Positions 1 through 11,454 of a stretch of DNA of 64,000 nucleotides are shown piece by piece. Numbering within the stretch: the stretch's first letter is position 1; each line of letters opens with the position of its first letter. A model generated the notes under the pieces. That model was not told the DNA's origin. It did not search any database and saw only the letters and a list, made by a program, of their open reading frames with translations. The translations under genes were made by a program, and so were the position numbers. This stretch comes from Gammaproteobacteria bacterium. GTDB taxonomy: Bacteria; Pseudomonadota; Gammaproteobacteria; UBA4575. Where the stretch lies: the NCBI GenBank assembly GCA_965222615.1, contig CBDCUI010000009.1, positions 864,001-928,000 of the forward strand. Reading direction: 5' to 3'.

Positions 1-2248
1 AATGAACTTCAACTGCATCAATGCTGCGGTATCCGCGAGAGAGTTTTAAACCTCGATTACCTCGTTCACCGACATAGCTATCTACTTCATCGGCATTCAT
101 TTTCTTAGTGCGTTTACCTGAGTATAAAGTAATAGATTCACCGTCCTGCACTAAAGTAATCACCCACATAAACTCATCACCGCTAGCTACTTTCTTACTC
201 GGGATATTAATAATCTTATTGCCTTTACCTTTGGGGAGTACTGGTAAATCTTTAACTGGAATCACCAACATGTGTCCTTCAGTGCCAATGGCGACAATCC
301 AGTCTTGATCAATATCACGAACTTTAACTGGGGCAAGTGCTTGAGCCCCCTTAGGCACTGACAATAACGCTTTGCCCGCACGATTGCGGGTAACCATATC
401 TTCTAACTTACAGATAAAACCATAGCCCGCATTGCTAGCAAGCAAAAAATAATCATCCGCATCACCCATCATTGTGCCGACAAACTGCGCGCCATCAGCT
501 GGTTTTAGTCGACCACTTAAAGGCTCACCTTGCCCACGTGCAGAAGGTAGTGAATGTGCAGGTAAGGCGTAGCACCTGCCACGAGAATCTAAAAATAATG
601 CTAATTGATTAGATTTTCCGTAGGCATGCGCTTGATAAGCATCACCCGATTTGTAATTCAATGAACGCACATCCACATCCGTTCCTTTAGCTGCACGCGC
701 CCAACCTTTTTGTGACAGTATTATTGTAATGGGTTCAGAAGGTACTAGCTCAGACTCATCTATTGCACTTGCGGCTTCGCGCGGAACAAGTTTGCAACGT
801 CGTTGATCACCAAATTCCTCCGTATCTTGTTTTAATTCTTTTTTAATCAGTGTTTTTAAACGCTGACTAGACTTTAAAGTTTGTGTAAGGCTTTTGCGCT
901 CCTCGCCTAATTCTTTCTGTTCTGTTTTGATTTTTATTTCTTCTAATTTTGCTAAATTTCGTAAACGCAAATTCAAAATAGCTTCTGCTTGTTCATCACT
1001 TAGCTTGAATTTTTTCATCAATTTAGTTTTTGGATCGTCTTCTTTACGGATGATTTTAATAACTTCATCTATATTTAAATATGCAATTAATAATCCATCT
1101 AGCACATGTAAACGTACTTCTACTTTGTCCAAGCGCCATTGCAATCGACGTTTTACTGTTTGAGTTCTAAATACAAGCCATTCTTTCAGTAAGTCCCGTA
1201 TATTTTTGACTTGTGGACGCCCATCAATACCAATAACATTTAAATTAATGCGATAGTTTCGTTCCAGATCAGTAGTCGCAAACAAATGCGACATCAATGC
1301 TTCTGTATCAATACGATTACTGCGCGGCGTAATTACAATTCTAATTGGATTTTCGTGGTCTGATTCATCACGTAGATCTTGAACCATGGGTAACTTTTTA
1401 GCCTGCATCTGCTGCGCTATTTGCTCTAACACCTTGGCGCCCGACACTTGATACGGCAATGCCGTAATAACGATATCTCCGTCTTCTTCATTACATTGCG
1501 CACGCATACGAATTGAACCAGTACCGGTTTTATATGCTGCACGTATTTCTTTAGTAGCCGAGATAATCTCTGCGCCGGTTGGATAATCTGGCCCTTTTAT
1601 ATATTTACACAGCTCTGCTACTGTAGCTTTAGGATGATCTAGCAAATGAATACAAGCATTCACCACTTCATTTAGGTTATGCGGAGGGATATCTGTCGAC
1701 ATGCCTACTGCAATACCCATGCCTCCATTTAACAATACATTAGGCAAACGTGCAGGAAGCACACTAGGTTCAGACAGAGTGCCATCAAAATTTGGCACCC
1801 AATCGGAAGTTCCTTGATCCAGCTCTTGTAGTAAGGCTTTTGCATATCGAGTAAGCCGAGACTCGGTATAACGCATTGCCGCAAATGATTTGGGATCATC
1901 TGTAGACCCCCAGTTACCTTGCCCATCAATAAGTGGATAGCGATAAGAAAATTCCTGTGCCATTAACACCATCGCTTCATAACATGCGCCATCCCCATGC
2001 GGGTGATACTTACCGATGACATCGCCGACCGTACGAGCAGATTTTTTCGGTTTTGAAGCAGCCGATAATCCCAATTCAGACATGGCGTAAATGATTCTGC
2101 GTTGCACAGGTTTTAATCCGTCACCAATATTTGGCAAGGCACGATCTAAAATAACGTACATGGAGTATTCCAGATACGCCCTTTCAGCAAATTCTTGAAT
2201 AGGCAATCTCTCAGACTGCTCAAAATCCATTTCTAAGTTTTCGCTCAT
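1..2248 (-). CDS. parC: DNA topoisomerase IV subunit A (3' end runs off the window)
   Basis: Not in the ORF track because no stop is in the window. Manual translation from ATG at 2248 gives [52 protein letters not shown]; it ends ...[18 protein letters not shown] at the edge. Lies downstream of parE. Confidence 0.95.
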   Translation of the reverse strand, partial: MSENLEMDFEQSERLPIQEFAERAYLEYSMYVILDRALPNIGDGLKPVQRRIIYAMSELGLSAASKPKKSARTVGDVIGKYHPHGDGACYEAMVLMAQEFSYRYPLIDGQGNWGSTDDPKSFAAMRYTESRLTRYAKALLQELDQGTSDWVPNFDGTLSEPSVLPARLPNVLLNGGMGIAVGMSTDIPPHNLNEVVNACIHLLDHPKATVAELCKYIKGPDYPTGAEIISATKEIRAAYKTGTGSIRMRAQCNEEDGDIVITALPYQVSGAKVLEQIAQQMQAKKLPMVQDLRDESDHENPIRIVITPRSNRIDTEALMSHLFATTDLERNYRINLNVIGIDGRPQVKNIRDLLKEWLVFRTQTVKRRLQWRLDKVEVRLHVLDGLLIAYLNIDEVIKIIRKEDDPKTKLMKKFKLSDEQAEAILNLRLRNLAKLEEIKIKTEQKELGEERKSLTQTLKSSQRLKTLIKKELKQDTEEFGDQRRCKLVPREAASAIDESELVPSEPITIILSQKGWARAAKGTDVDVRSLNYKSGDAYQAHAYGKSNQLALFLDSRGRCYALPAHSLPSARGQGEPLSGRLKPADGAQFVGTMMGDADDYFLLASNAGYGFICKLEDMVTRNRAGKALLSVPKGAQALAPVKVRDIDQDWIVAIGTEGHMLVIPVKDLPVLPKGKGNKIINIPSKKVASGDEFMWVITLVQDGESITLYSGKRTKKMNADEVDSYVGERGNRGLKLSRGYRSIDAVEVH

Positions 2249-2294
2249 ATTTGTTGTACTAAAATTTTCGTCATACTCTATTTGTTGCTACACA

Positions 2295-4184
2295 TTATTG
2301 CACTTGCACAAGATTTCCTTTTTTCTCCAGCCAAACTTTTCGATCCGAAGCACGTTTTTTTGCTAACAGCATATCGATTAACTGAAATGTGTTTTTCTCA
2401 TCGTTTAATGCAAGTTGCACTAGACGCCTTGTGTCTACTGCCATGGTGGACTCACGCAATTGCATTGGATTCATTTCGCCAAGACCTTTAAAACGGGTAA
2501 TGGTTACCTTACCTGTCTTTTTCTCTGCCTTGATTTGATCTAACACTCCTTGTTTTTCCTCTTCATCTAATACATAAAAAACTTCTTTGCCGACATCGAC
2601 ACGAAACAATGGTGGCATTGCCATGTACACATGACCTGCTTCCACCAAAGTTTGAAAATGTTGTAGGAATAAGGCACACAACAGAGTCGCTATATGTAGT
2701 CCATCCGAATCAGCATCTGCTAACACACAAATTTTTCCATAACGCAGATTAGAAAGGTCCTTGCTGCCAGGCTCAACCCCGATGGCAACCGATATATCAT
2801 GCACTTCTTGTGAACCGAGCACTTGATCCGATCCCACTTCCCAGGTATTTAAAATCTTACCACGTAGTGGCATCACTGCTTGAAATACTCGATCCCGTGC
2901 CTGTTTTGCAGAGCCTCCTGCTGAATCACCTTCTACCAAAAATAACTCAGTCCGTGATAGGTCCTCTGAAGAACAATCCGCCAACTTCCCCGGCAACGCT
3001 GGGCCAGTGGCAACTTTTTTGCGAACAATTTTTTTGTTTCGCTTTAATCGCAACTCAGCATTGCTTATGGCGATCCGTGCAATCTGTTCTCCTGCTTCAC
3101 TATTTTGATTCAGCCAATGCCCAAATGAATCTTTGACGATACCAGCGACAAATACTGCTGTTTCACGCGAACTCAAACGCTCTTTAGTTTGGCCTGCAAA
3201 TTGAGGATCTTTAACTTTAACCGATATGATGTAGCTTAGTTTTTCCCATACATCTTCAGGCGCCAACTTGACCCCTCTTGGTAATAATTTTCTAAATTCG
3301 CAGAATTCACGCAATGCTTCTGTTAAGCCTGTGCGCAAACCTGAAACATGGGTTCCACCTTGTGAGGTTGGCACTAAATTTACATAGCTTTCTTTTAAAC
3401 CTTCTCCTTCACCAATTAACCAAGTTAACGCCCAATCGGCAGCTTCTTGCTCTCCTTCAAAGTGTTCACAAAATATTTCTTGTGGAACATATTCGAATCC
3501 GGCAACGGATTCTAATAAATAATCTTTAAGCCCATCAGTATAATTCCACTCATATTTCTTTTTATTAATTTGATCATCAAAATTAATAGTAAGACCAGGA
3601 CAAAGAATCGCTTTAGCACGCATTACATGCAATAATTTAGAAACAGAAAACTTATCGCTCTCAAAGTACTTTACATCTGGCCAAAAACGTATTGTTGTGC
3701 CTGTATTTCTTTTTCCTACAGTACCCACCACTTCAAGATCAGAAACTTTTTTCCCGCCTTTAAAAGCCATGTTGTACTCTTTACCTTGTCTTTTTACCCA
3801 TACCTCGAGATGCTTAGATAATGCATTTACAACCGATACACCAACACCATGTAGACCGCCCGAATAGGTATAGTTTTTATCAGAAAACTTGCCGCCGGCA
3901 TGCAAAGTGCTAAGTACGACCTCAACGCCAGGACGCTTTAATTTAGGATGTTTATCTACCGGCATACCACGGCCATCGTCAGCGACTTCAAGTGACCCAT
4001 CTTTATATAACTTGACAGCGATCGTCTTAGCATGTCCGGAAATGGCTTCATCGACACTATTGTCAATAACTTCATGCGCTAGGTGATTAGGCCGTGATAT
4101 GTCGGTATACATCCCAGGCCGCTTACGCACAGGCTCAAGCCCACTTAATACCTCAATATCCGAAGCATCGTATTTTCCCTTCAT
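2295..4184 (-). CDS. parE: DNA topoisomerase IV subunit B
   Basis: 629 aa with GLEPVRKRPGMY, EVIDNSVDE, LVEGDSAGG and RFKGLGEM motifs; adjacent to parC. Confidence 0.96.
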   Translation of the reverse strand: MKGKYDASDIEVLSGLEPVRKRPGMYTDISRPNHLAHEVIDNSVDEAISGHAKTIAVKLYKDGSLEVADDGRGMPVDKHPKLKRPGVEVVLSTLHAGGKFSDKNYTYSGGLHGVGVSVVNALSKHLEVWVKRQGKEYNMAFKGGKKVSDLEVVGTVGKRNTGTTIRFWPDVKYFESDKFSVSKLLHVMRAKAILCPGLTINFDDQINKKKYEWNYTDGLKDYLLESVAGFEYVPQEIFCEHFEGEQEAADWALTWLIGEGEGLKESYVNLVPTSQGGTHVSGLRTGLTEALREFCEFRKLLPRGVKLAPEDVWEKLSYIISVKVKDPQFAGQTKERLSSRETAVFVAGIVKDSFGHWLNQNSEAGEQIARIAISNAELRLKRNKKIVRKKVATGPALPGKLADCSSEDLSRTELFLVEGDSAGGSAKQARDRVFQAVMPLRGKILNTWEVGSDQVLGSQEVHDISVAIGVEPGSKDLSNLRYGKICVLADADSDGLHIATLLCALFLQHFQTLVEAGHVYMAMPPLFRVDVGKEVFYVLDEEEKQGVLDQIKAEKKTGKVTITRFKGLGEMNPMQLRESTMAVDTRRLVQLALNDEKNTFQLIDMLLAKKRASDRKVWLEKKGNLVQVQ

Positions 4185-4277
4185 ACACTCACCATGCGAA
4201 CTTCATATTGCGTTACGTTCAAATAATTCTCCAAATTAATAATTGTAGGAATAAATTGACAACAGTATCCTAATACA

Positions 4278-7200
4278 ATGTCTCAATCTACCAATGCTCA
4301 ACTTGCAATAGATCCAAATAAAAATATTGCGGTATTTGCATCGGCAGGTACTGGTAAAACACGGTTACTAGTACAGCGCATCATAAAACTACTACTCAAT
4401 GATGTAGATCCGTCCCATATATTAGCCATTACCTTTACGCGCAAAGCCGCTGCCGAAATGCGCGAACGCATGATGAAAATCTTAGAGGATTGGGCTGGAT
4501 CAGATGATCAACAATTACAACTTTCACTACAGGAACTTTCACACCCTCATAACCCTAGCAATATATCAAAAGCCAGAAAATTATATGAGAAATTACTATT
4601 TTCTGAATATGAAATTCGTATCACGACATTTCACGCATTTTGCCAAGATATACTAAAACGCTTTGCATTACATGCCGGTATCCCTGCCGGTTTTCACCTA
4701 ACTGAGACCACAGCAGAGTTAAAGCAAGAAGCTCGTAAACGGCTTTACAAAATTGCACATACAGGTAACGATAAAATACTAACTGATTCACTGCATGAAC
4801 TTTTACGACAGTGCTCTACAGTACATAATCTAAACAACATATTAGAAACATTTATTGACTCTCGCAGTGATTGGTGGAGCTTCACCGAAAACCAAGATGA
4901 CCCAGTTAACTATGCAATTAAATCCCTACAAAAATTTTTGCGCCTCGAAGAATCTGATGAACCTCAAAATCATCTACACATGATAGAGCGCTTACATGAA
5001 TACCAATCTTATCTACAACTACACGAAACGAGCACATTTCAAAAATATATTATCTATATAACTAACTTTACTAAAGCTAGTAAAAAAAATCAGCATTCTT
5101 TAGGGATTATACTTCCGATCTTTCTGAAAGTAGATGGAGAGCCACGACGAATTAAATACAGTAAAACTCTTGAAAAAAGTCTTGGGCCAAAAAAACTAGA
5201 CCGATTTATTGAATTACACAACGAGCTTATAGCGATTGTAATCGAAAAACTGGACGTAACCAAAAAGGAAAATCTTCTGACATTTAATCAAGCCTGGTTT
5301 TACGTTGGAAATCTCCTAATTAATGAATATCAACAATTAAAATTTGCTCGCAACACTTTAGATTTCGATGATCTGGAATGGTATTCCTATTTGCTACTTA
5401 ATAAACAAGATAATGCAGATTGGATTCAATATAAGTTAGATCAACGCATCGACCACATCTTGATTGATGAATTTCAAGACACTAATCCAACGCAGTGGAA
5501 TCTTATATTTCCATTGTTAGAAGAGCTAGCTGCTAAACTACAACAGAGCACCAAAAGTTTATTTTTCGTTGGTGACACCAAACAATCTATTTATGGGTTT
5601 CGACGCGCAAACCCTCAACTACAGTTCACTGCATCCACCTGGGCAAAGCGTCATTTAAATGCCGAGTTATTAGAAACCGATCTATCATTTCGATCATCAC
5701 CTGCAATCATTGACTTTGTAAATCGTGTTTTTGTAAACAGAGGAGCAGCTCTTATTAAAGAGTTCAGAGCACATCAAGCTGTACAAAATGATTTATGGGG
5801 ATATGTGCAAGTAAACTCTCTTATTACTCCTGCTAACAATATCGAAGATCAACTCGAGTTTAGAAATCCCCTATTACAGGCTAGAAAAAATGCTGAAATA
5901 AATTGCCACTATCAAGAAGGTCAATACGTGGCTAAACAGATAAATAAACTAATAAATAATTGTACATCCATTTATGAAAACGGACATAAACGGTTGTTAC
6001 ACTATGATGACATTATTATTCTGACCCGTAGTCGGATACACAGCCCACAAATCGAGCTTGCTTTGCGCGAACAAGGTATCCCCTACACAAGTATCAGCGA
6101 TAATAATTTTCTCAAACAGCTCGAAGTGCTAGATATTTTGGCGTTACTTACCTACCTAATACAACCGCATAATGATTTGGCTCTCGCACAAGTATTGCGT
6201 TCCCCATGTTTTGGCATTAGCGATGAAGATCTCATGGCTATAGTTAGCATAGATGCGAATAGTTGGCACGAAAAACTAGAAGTGCATGCAAAAAATTCGT
6301 CAAATTCAATCCTGTCGACAGCTTTCGAGAAACTTCAAAACTGGCGACATATGGCAAACCGCATACCAGTACATGATTTATTAGACAAAATTTATTTTGA
6401 AACCAATCTTCTCAAACGTTACTCAAGCAGCTGTACAACAGCAAAAAAAAATCATGTGCTTGCTAATTTAACATATATTCTTCAACTCACGCTTGATATT
6501 GATGCTGGCCGTTATTCAAGTGTTCAATCATTTTTAGATTCCCTACAAAAACTTAAGGCAAGTGAGATTTGCACAAACAACGCAGATATTGACCAGTATG
6601 ATGACAAAGCCGTACGCATTATGACTGTGCATTCGGCAAAAGGATTAGAAGCACCTGTAGTTTTTGTTATTGATACAGGAAGCAGCCCATCTAAACAACG
6701 CCCTTATCAAAAAATAGTAAATTGGCCTTCCTCTGCTAAACGACCTGAACAATTTTTTATCATAGGAAAAAAAGATACTATTGATAAAAAAACACAATTA
6801 CGACTTAAACAACAACTCAGTAAAGATTGGAACGAAGAATTAAACTTACTATATGTTGCCTTGACGCGTGCCAAACAATATTTGTTCATCAGCGGTGTAC
6901 AAACAAAGAAAGACCAGGACAATTGCTGGTTTTCGATTATTGAGCAAGCTCTAGATGATAATGGATACAACTCCAAAGAGAGCATTTGGACATTTACTCA
7001 TGGTAACCTTCCAGTTATAAAAGGTATAACAGAAAAGAAAAGCTTACCAGAAAATAAATCTGCCTTTGATTTTGCCAAACCATTTGCAATTACCGAGGTA
7101 CAGCTTTCTGAAAAAAATCAAACAGAAATTATTACCGAACCTATCGAACATGGCATTTTAGTTCATAAATTGTTTGAACTATTAACACAACAAGATATAA

Positions 7201-7655
7201 AAGATTCAAGTAAATTACATCGCGAAGCTGAATTTGCACTGACAAAAGAAATTAGCTTAGAGAAATTTTCTACAGCACTAGAAGAAGTAAACAATTGTAT
7301 CCACTCTCCAGAACTCAAAGAAATATTTGTGCTAAATCCTGAAAAAGAGATATTAAGTGAAGTCCCTGTTTGTTACCGTGAAAACGGACAAGTGCTTTAT
7401 GGCATCATAGATCGGCTGATAATCTCTGATAAAACCACCTGGATTATTGATTTTAAAACTACGGCCGAGGTTACTAAGAGCTCCATACAGCAACAAGCGC
7501 AACACTATCGACAGCAAATTTCTAACTACTTCTCTGCTGTAAAAACCATGTACCCAAAAAAAGACATCCGTGCTTCTATTCTTTTTACCTCAATATCAGC
7601 ACTATATACATTTGACACTAATGAACTCACAAACCAAATTACAGTAAGAAACTAG
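4278..7655 (+). CDS. addA: AddA-like UvrD-family helicase with C-terminal PD-(D/E)XK nuclease
   Basis: 1125 aa; Walker A ASAGTGKT, DEFQDT, TVHSAKGLE, YVALTRA; C-terminal GIIDRL...IIDFKT nuclease motif. Confidence 0.8.
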   Translation: MSQSTNAQLAIDPNKNIAVFASAGTGKTRLLVQRIIKLLLNDVDPSHILAITFTRKAAAEMRERMMKILEDWAGSDDQQLQLSLQELSHPHNPSNISKARKLYEKLLFSEYEIRITTFHAFCQDILKRFALHAGIPAGFHLTETTAELKQEARKRLYKIAHTGNDKILTDSLHELLRQCSTVHNLNNILETFIDSRSDWWSFTENQDDPVNYAIKSLQKFLRLEESDEPQNHLHMIERLHEYQSYLQLHETSTFQKYIIYITNFTKASKKNQHSLGIILPIFLKVDGEPRRIKYSKTLEKSLGPKKLDRFIELHNELIAIVIEKLDVTKKENLLTFNQAWFYVGNLLINEYQQLKFARNTLDFDDLEWYSYLLLNKQDNADWIQYKLDQRIDHILIDEFQDTNPTQWNLIFPLLEELAAKLQQSTKSLFFVGDTKQSIYGFRRANPQLQFTASTWAKRHLNAELLETDLSFRSSPAIIDFVNRVFVNRGAALIKEFRAHQAVQNDLWGYVQVNSLITPANNIEDQLEFRNPLLQARKNAEINCHYQEGQYVAKQINKLINNCTSIYENGHKRLLHYDDIIILTRSRIHSPQIELALREQGIPYTSISDNNFLKQLEVLDILALLTYLIQPHNDLALAQVLRSPCFGISDEDLMAIVSIDANSWHEKLEVHAKNSSNSILSTAFEKLQNWRHMANRIPVHDLLDKIYFETNLLKRYSSSCTTAKKNHVLANLTYILQLTLDIDAGRYSSVQSFLDSLQKLKASEICTNNADIDQYDDKAVRIMTVHSAKGLEAPVVFVIDTGSSPSKQRPYQKIVNWPSSAKRPEQFFIIGKKDTIDKKTQLRLKQQLSKDWNEELNLLYVALTRAKQYLFISGVQTKKDQDNCWFSIIEQALDDNGYNSKESIWTFTHGNLPVIKGITEKKSLPENKSAFDFAKPFAITEVQLSEKNQTEIITEPIEHGILVHKLFELLTQQDIKDSSKLHREAEFALTKEISLEKFSTALEEVNNCIHSPELKEIFVLNPEKEILSEVPVCYRENGQVLYGIIDRLIISDKTTWIIDFKTTAEVTKSSIQQQAQHYRQQISNYFSAVKTMYPKKDIRASILFTSISALYTFDTNELTNQITVRN

Positions 7656-7808
7656 GATCGATTTCAAAATAGTAGATAGCCTGCCCAGGCAAACATAGGA
7701 CATTCGAAAAGCAGAGTTTATAATAAAGTTAGCTTACAACGCACAGCATTTAAAAACGTTCTGTAACGCAGTATCAACATGCTAGATACATTTTGAGATC
7801 GGTTTTAG
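7652..7808. mobile_element. MITE-like structured repeat, end type B, copy 1
   Basis: Imperfect terminal inverted repeats ctaggatcgatttcaaaat / attttgagatcggttttag (15/19). Fills the gap between the convergent addA and dsbC stops. Core aaagcagagttta...agcattt...taacg is shared with the other copies. Confidence 0.7.
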
Positions 7809-8533
7809 TTTTGTTTAGCAACAGAATCCAACATTTCTGCCAATTCTTTTGCTGGCCGATAACCCGGTATCATCGTACCATTTTCTAAAAGCAATGCAGG
7901 CGTGCCACTAACGCCCATTTGCTTCCCTACTAGCATTTGTTCTTCAACCGGATTATTACATTGCGCTTCTGGCACGGTTTCACCCGCCTTGGCTTTTGTC
8001 ATCGAACTTTGTTGATCTTTATTACACCAAACATTCACGGCCTTTTGGTATGAGGGAGTATTCACACCACTTCGTGGAAACATCATGTAACGTACTTTTA
8101 TTCCATAGCTGTGCAATTGATCCATTTCTGAATGCAACTTACGGCAATACCCACAATCGATGTCAGTAAACACCGTAATAGTATGTCGCTGTTTTTTGGG
8201 GGCAAATACAACCATTTCTGATTCGTCAAGTTCCTTGAGAAGATTAGTTCGAATATCTATACGCGCGGTCTCAGTTAGGTTTTCATTGGTGTCTAAATCG
8301 ACTAATACACCTTGTAATACGTAACGACCATCTGCAGAAAAATAAAATACTTCAGCACCATACGTCACCTCATAGATACCTGGTAAAACAGTAGGTTTAA
8401 TCGAACTAGCCTGGTCTTGTGGAGCTAATTTTTCTAAACGTGCTTTAATAACGGCAATATCTTCTGCTTCGTCAGCCCAAACAACATTCGCACAAAATAT
8501 CAAAAATAAACCGTATAAAAATAGAGTACGCAT
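7805..8533 (-). CDS. dsbC: Disulfide isomerase DsbC
   Basis: CGYC active site, GVSGTP motif, signal peptide MRTLFLYGLFLIFCANVVWA (start moved to the ATG at 8533); follows xerD. Confidence 0.92.
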   Translation of the reverse strand: MRTLFLYGLFLIFCANVVWADEAEDIAVIKARLEKLAPQDQASSIKPTVLPGIYEVTYGAEVFYFSADGRYVLQGVLVDLDTNENLTETARIDIRTNLLKELDESEMVVFAPKKQRHTITVFTDIDCGYCRKLHSEMDQLHSYGIKVRYMMFPRSGVNTPSYQKAVNVWCNKDQQSSMTKAKAGETVPEAQCNNPVEEQMLVGKQMGVSGTPALLLENGTMIPGYRPAKELAEMLDSVAKQN

Positions 8534-8625
8534 AATTATTCCCAATTTTTTTCCTTTAGGGTTTGAGTGTTTATATAAGACCGTATCCAGCAGAATAAAT
8601 TTCATCTACTGTAGTTTATGCTATT

Positions 8626-9543
8626 TCAGCCACGTGGGTGATGCTTACGATGTAACTCCTGAAGTCTAGCCTGTGCAACATGAGTGTATATTTGGGTAGT
8701 AGAAAGATCACTATGCCCTAACAGCATCTGTACCACTCGCAAATCTGCACCATGATTCAACAAATGTGTTGCAAAAGCATGACGAAGGGTATGCGGGGAT
8801 AGATGTTTAGTAATTCCAACTCGTTTTGCGTGTTTTTTAATCAGGTGCCAAAAGGCCTGACGAGTCATGGCAGTGCCTCGATTGGTAATAAATAAAGCAT
8901 CACATGGTTGGTTGGTTTTTAATAGATCGGGACGTGCTTCATTTACAAATTTAGAAATCCACTCACTTGCTTGCTCACCAAATGGGATTAATCTTTCTTT
9001 ATTGCCTTTACCCATGACTCGGATTACCCCATGATTGAGGTTGACCTGATTTAGAGTTAAACCAACGAGTTCACTCACCCTCAATCCACATGCATACAAG
9101 ACTTCAAGCATGGCGCGATCACGAACACCGTGTGCTTTTTCTATATTAGGAGCGGCCAGTAAACGTTCAATCTCTTCTTCGGTTAAGGTCTCAGGTAATG
9201 GTCGCCCCAACTTAGGAAACTCGATTTGCGCAGAAGGGTCTTTCTGCACCGTACCTTGCCTGACAAGATAGCGATAAAAGCGCCGTATACTCGATAATAA
9301 TCTTGCCGAAGTACGCGGCATGCTACCTTGCTGAGCTCGGTAAGATAGATAATCTAATAAATGATCACGACGAGCTTCTGTAATATTAATCGGCAAATTT
9401 GAAAGCCAACGTGATAGACCCAACAAGTCATTTCGATATGCAGATAAGGTGTTTTCACTCAAGCCGTGTTCAACCCATAAGGTATCAAGAAACGCTTCTA
9501 TTATTGGCTGGTCTGTGGAAAAAGAAAAAGTAGACTCGCTCAT
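8626..9543 (-). CDS. xerD: Tyrosine recombinase XerD
   Basis: LYACGLRVSEL, HTLRHAFATH, LLGHSDLSTTQIYTHV and HHPRG end; xerD-dsbC synteny. Confidence 0.96.
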   Translation of the reverse strand: MSESTFSFSTDQPIIEAFLDTLWVEHGLSENTLSAYRNDLLGLSRWLSNLPINITEARRDHLLDYLSYRAQQGSMPRTSARLLSSIRRFYRYLVRQGTVQKDPSAQIEFPKLGRPLPETLTEEEIERLLAAPNIEKAHGVRDRAMLEVLYACGLRVSELVGLTLNQVNLNHGVIRVMGKGNKERLIPFGEQASEWISKFVNEARPDLLKTNQPCDALFITNRGTAMTRQAFWHLIKKHAKRVGITKHLSPHTLRHAFATHLLNHGADLRVVQMLLGHSDLSTTQIYTHVAQARLQELHRKHHPRG

Positions 9544-9785
9544 AAGCTATATTTCATTAACTTAAAATAACAAAGAAGGTAAAACATTGGGCTCAGCGTA
9601 GAACTACGCATAATAATATGGGGTAAACGAAATGCATTTTAAAACAGTTAAGTTATCTACTATCCATCATACTAGGTTCCTATTGTTTTTATTATTTGAA
9701 CTATTAATACTAAGTTTATCACTATACGGATAGTTTAAGAATTTCACATAATAAAATCAACTTTTGCCAAAATTCAAAACTTGAA

Positions 9786-10214
9786 ATGGAAAAAAGAAAC
9801 ATATCAAATAATTTATACGTTTCTCTCGCTAGACGGCTTGGTGCAATTTTTTATGATGTGCTAATTTTGCTAACGATATTAATTCTTACATCAATCATCA
9901 TCTCAATCCCTTTTAATATTACTCCTAGCCATCCTTTATTCTTTGTTTATCAGGGATGTATCTATTCTATATCATTCTTATTTTACGGTTGGTTTTGGAC
10001 ACATGGAGGACAAACCATTGGCATGAAAACCTGGAAATTTAAAATCACCTCTATCGATGGAAATCAAATAAGCTGGTTAAAAGCTTTGGTGCGATACCTA
10101 GTCGCTATCATTTCTTGGCTGCCGTTAGGATTGGGTTTCATCTGGTCTATGTTTGATCACAAAAAACGTACTTGGCATGATATTGCATCTCGGACTCAAC
10201 TAACACGTATTTAA
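9786..10214 (+). CDS. RDD-family membrane protein
   Basis: RRLGAIFYD, GQTIGMKTW, RTWHD motifs; hydrophobic; next to lptG. Confidence 0.88.
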   Translation: MEKRNISNNLYVSLARRLGAIFYDVLILLTILILTSIIISIPFNITPSHPLFFVYQGCIYSISFLFYGWFWTHGGQTIGMKTWKFKITSIDGNQISWLKALVRYLVAIISWLPLGLGFIWSMFDHKKRTWHDIASRTQLTRI

Positions 10215-10219
10215 TTCAA

Positions 10220-10352
10220 AGGAAGCTCTGATTTATTCTGATATGGCGTTAAAATGATTTCTCAAAATACTCATGTATGTATCTATACACTCTGTTTTTT
10301 CGAAATCATTTTGCCTAATCTCAGTCATTTCATTAATAAATCAGAGCTCCCC
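10220..10352. mobile_element. MITE-like structured repeat, end type A, copy 1 (short form)
   Basis: Terminal inverted repeats aggaagctctgatttatt / aataaatcagagctcccc; homologous to 21692-21904 and 50112-50327. Confidence 0.85.
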
Positions 10353-10374
10353 TAAAAATCTTTGTTGGAGATAC

Positions 10375-11454
10375 TCAAGCCATCCTCTTAAATGTGATAG
10401 TGGCAATAACAATTACCAATAAAGTAGGAAAAAAAGCCCCCAACAAAGGTGGAAAACCATAAACTACGCTTGCATTACTTAAAATTCGGCTTAGTAAATG
10501 AAATACCACCGCTATCGCAATGCCCAAGGCTATGCGCTGACCTAATCCACCTGCCCGTACGGAACGAAATACAAAAGGAACCGCAAGTAACAACATTGCA
10601 ATTCCCGATAAAGGCACTGCAAAGCGATTATAATAAGCCAATTGATAACGAAGTGAATTTAATTCATTTTCGTCAAGATACTTAACATATTTCTTTAGCT
10701 TCTTTGCACTCATAAATTCTGGCTTCACAGTCATTACATCAAACAAATCTGGAGAAACAAGTCGCTCCCAATGCTCTTCTTGCGCTGCAACGGTCTCTAT
10801 CCCTTGCGTTGAAATCAAACTATGACGAATGTTATATAAGCGCCACACCCCTTTTTCATACACTGCACTTTTGGCAAAACTTGCACGCTTCAATTTATGT
10901 TCTTCATTCAATTCATAAACCCAGACATCTGTCATACGATAGTCTGGAAACACTTGTTGTACATTGATAAAGCGATTCCGATCACGCACCCATAAACCAT
11001 GGCGTGAACGTATAGATATCTTACGCATATCGCTCGTTTTATTAAGGCTGCGTACATAGCCCTCGGTAGTTGGAGCAATATATTCACCCACCCATATACT
11101 TACAATGATAAGCAATATACCTACTTTTAATACCGACCAAAGTATGCGTAATTTACTAACTCCAACCGAGCGTAGTGCAACAAGTTCACTTCTTGCTGCC
11201 ATGCCACCTAGACCGATTAACGTACCTAATAATAACGCAGTCGGCATGAATTCATATAAGCGTTGCGGCATGCCAAACAATAACTTCAATATTGCATGCC
11301 TTACCGTGAAACCACGCTTGCCAACAGATTCCAAATCGTTAATTAAATCAATTATCGAATCAATAGAAAAAAGGATGAGTAATGCTAATAGCGTGCCAAA
11401 GAAAACAGTCCTTCCCAAATATCGATCAAAATATTTAAATGGATTGATGTTCAT
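10375..11454 (-). CDS. lptG: LPS export permease LptG
   Basis: YjgP/Q-type membrane protein with SELVALRSVGVS; paired with lptF. Confidence 0.92.
   Translation of the reverse strand: MNINPFKYFDRYLGRTVFFGTLLALLILFSIDSIIDLINDLESVGKRGFTVRHAILKLLFGMPQRLYEFMPTALLLGTLIGLGGMAARSELVALRSVGVSKLRILWSVLKVGILLIIVSIWVGEYIAPTTEGYVRSLNKTSDMRKISIRSRHGLWVRDRNRFINVQQVFPDYRMTDVWVYELNEEHKLKRASFAKSAVYEKGVWRLYNIRHSLISTQGIETVAAQEEHWERLVSPDLFDVMTVKPEFMSAKKLKKYVKYLDENELNSLRYQLAYYNRFAVPLSGIAMLLLAVPFVFRSVRAGGLGQRIALGIAIAVVFHLLSRILSNASVVYGFPPLLGAFFPTLLVIVIATITFKRMA

Noticed and set aside
9603-9630. dif-like sequence upstream of xerD (actacgcataa-taatat-ggggtaaacga)
   Set aside because: The left arm resembles an XerC site, but the right arm does not match TTATGTTAAAT at the 6-bp spacing; it also overlaps a small hairpin (gcgtagaactacgc).
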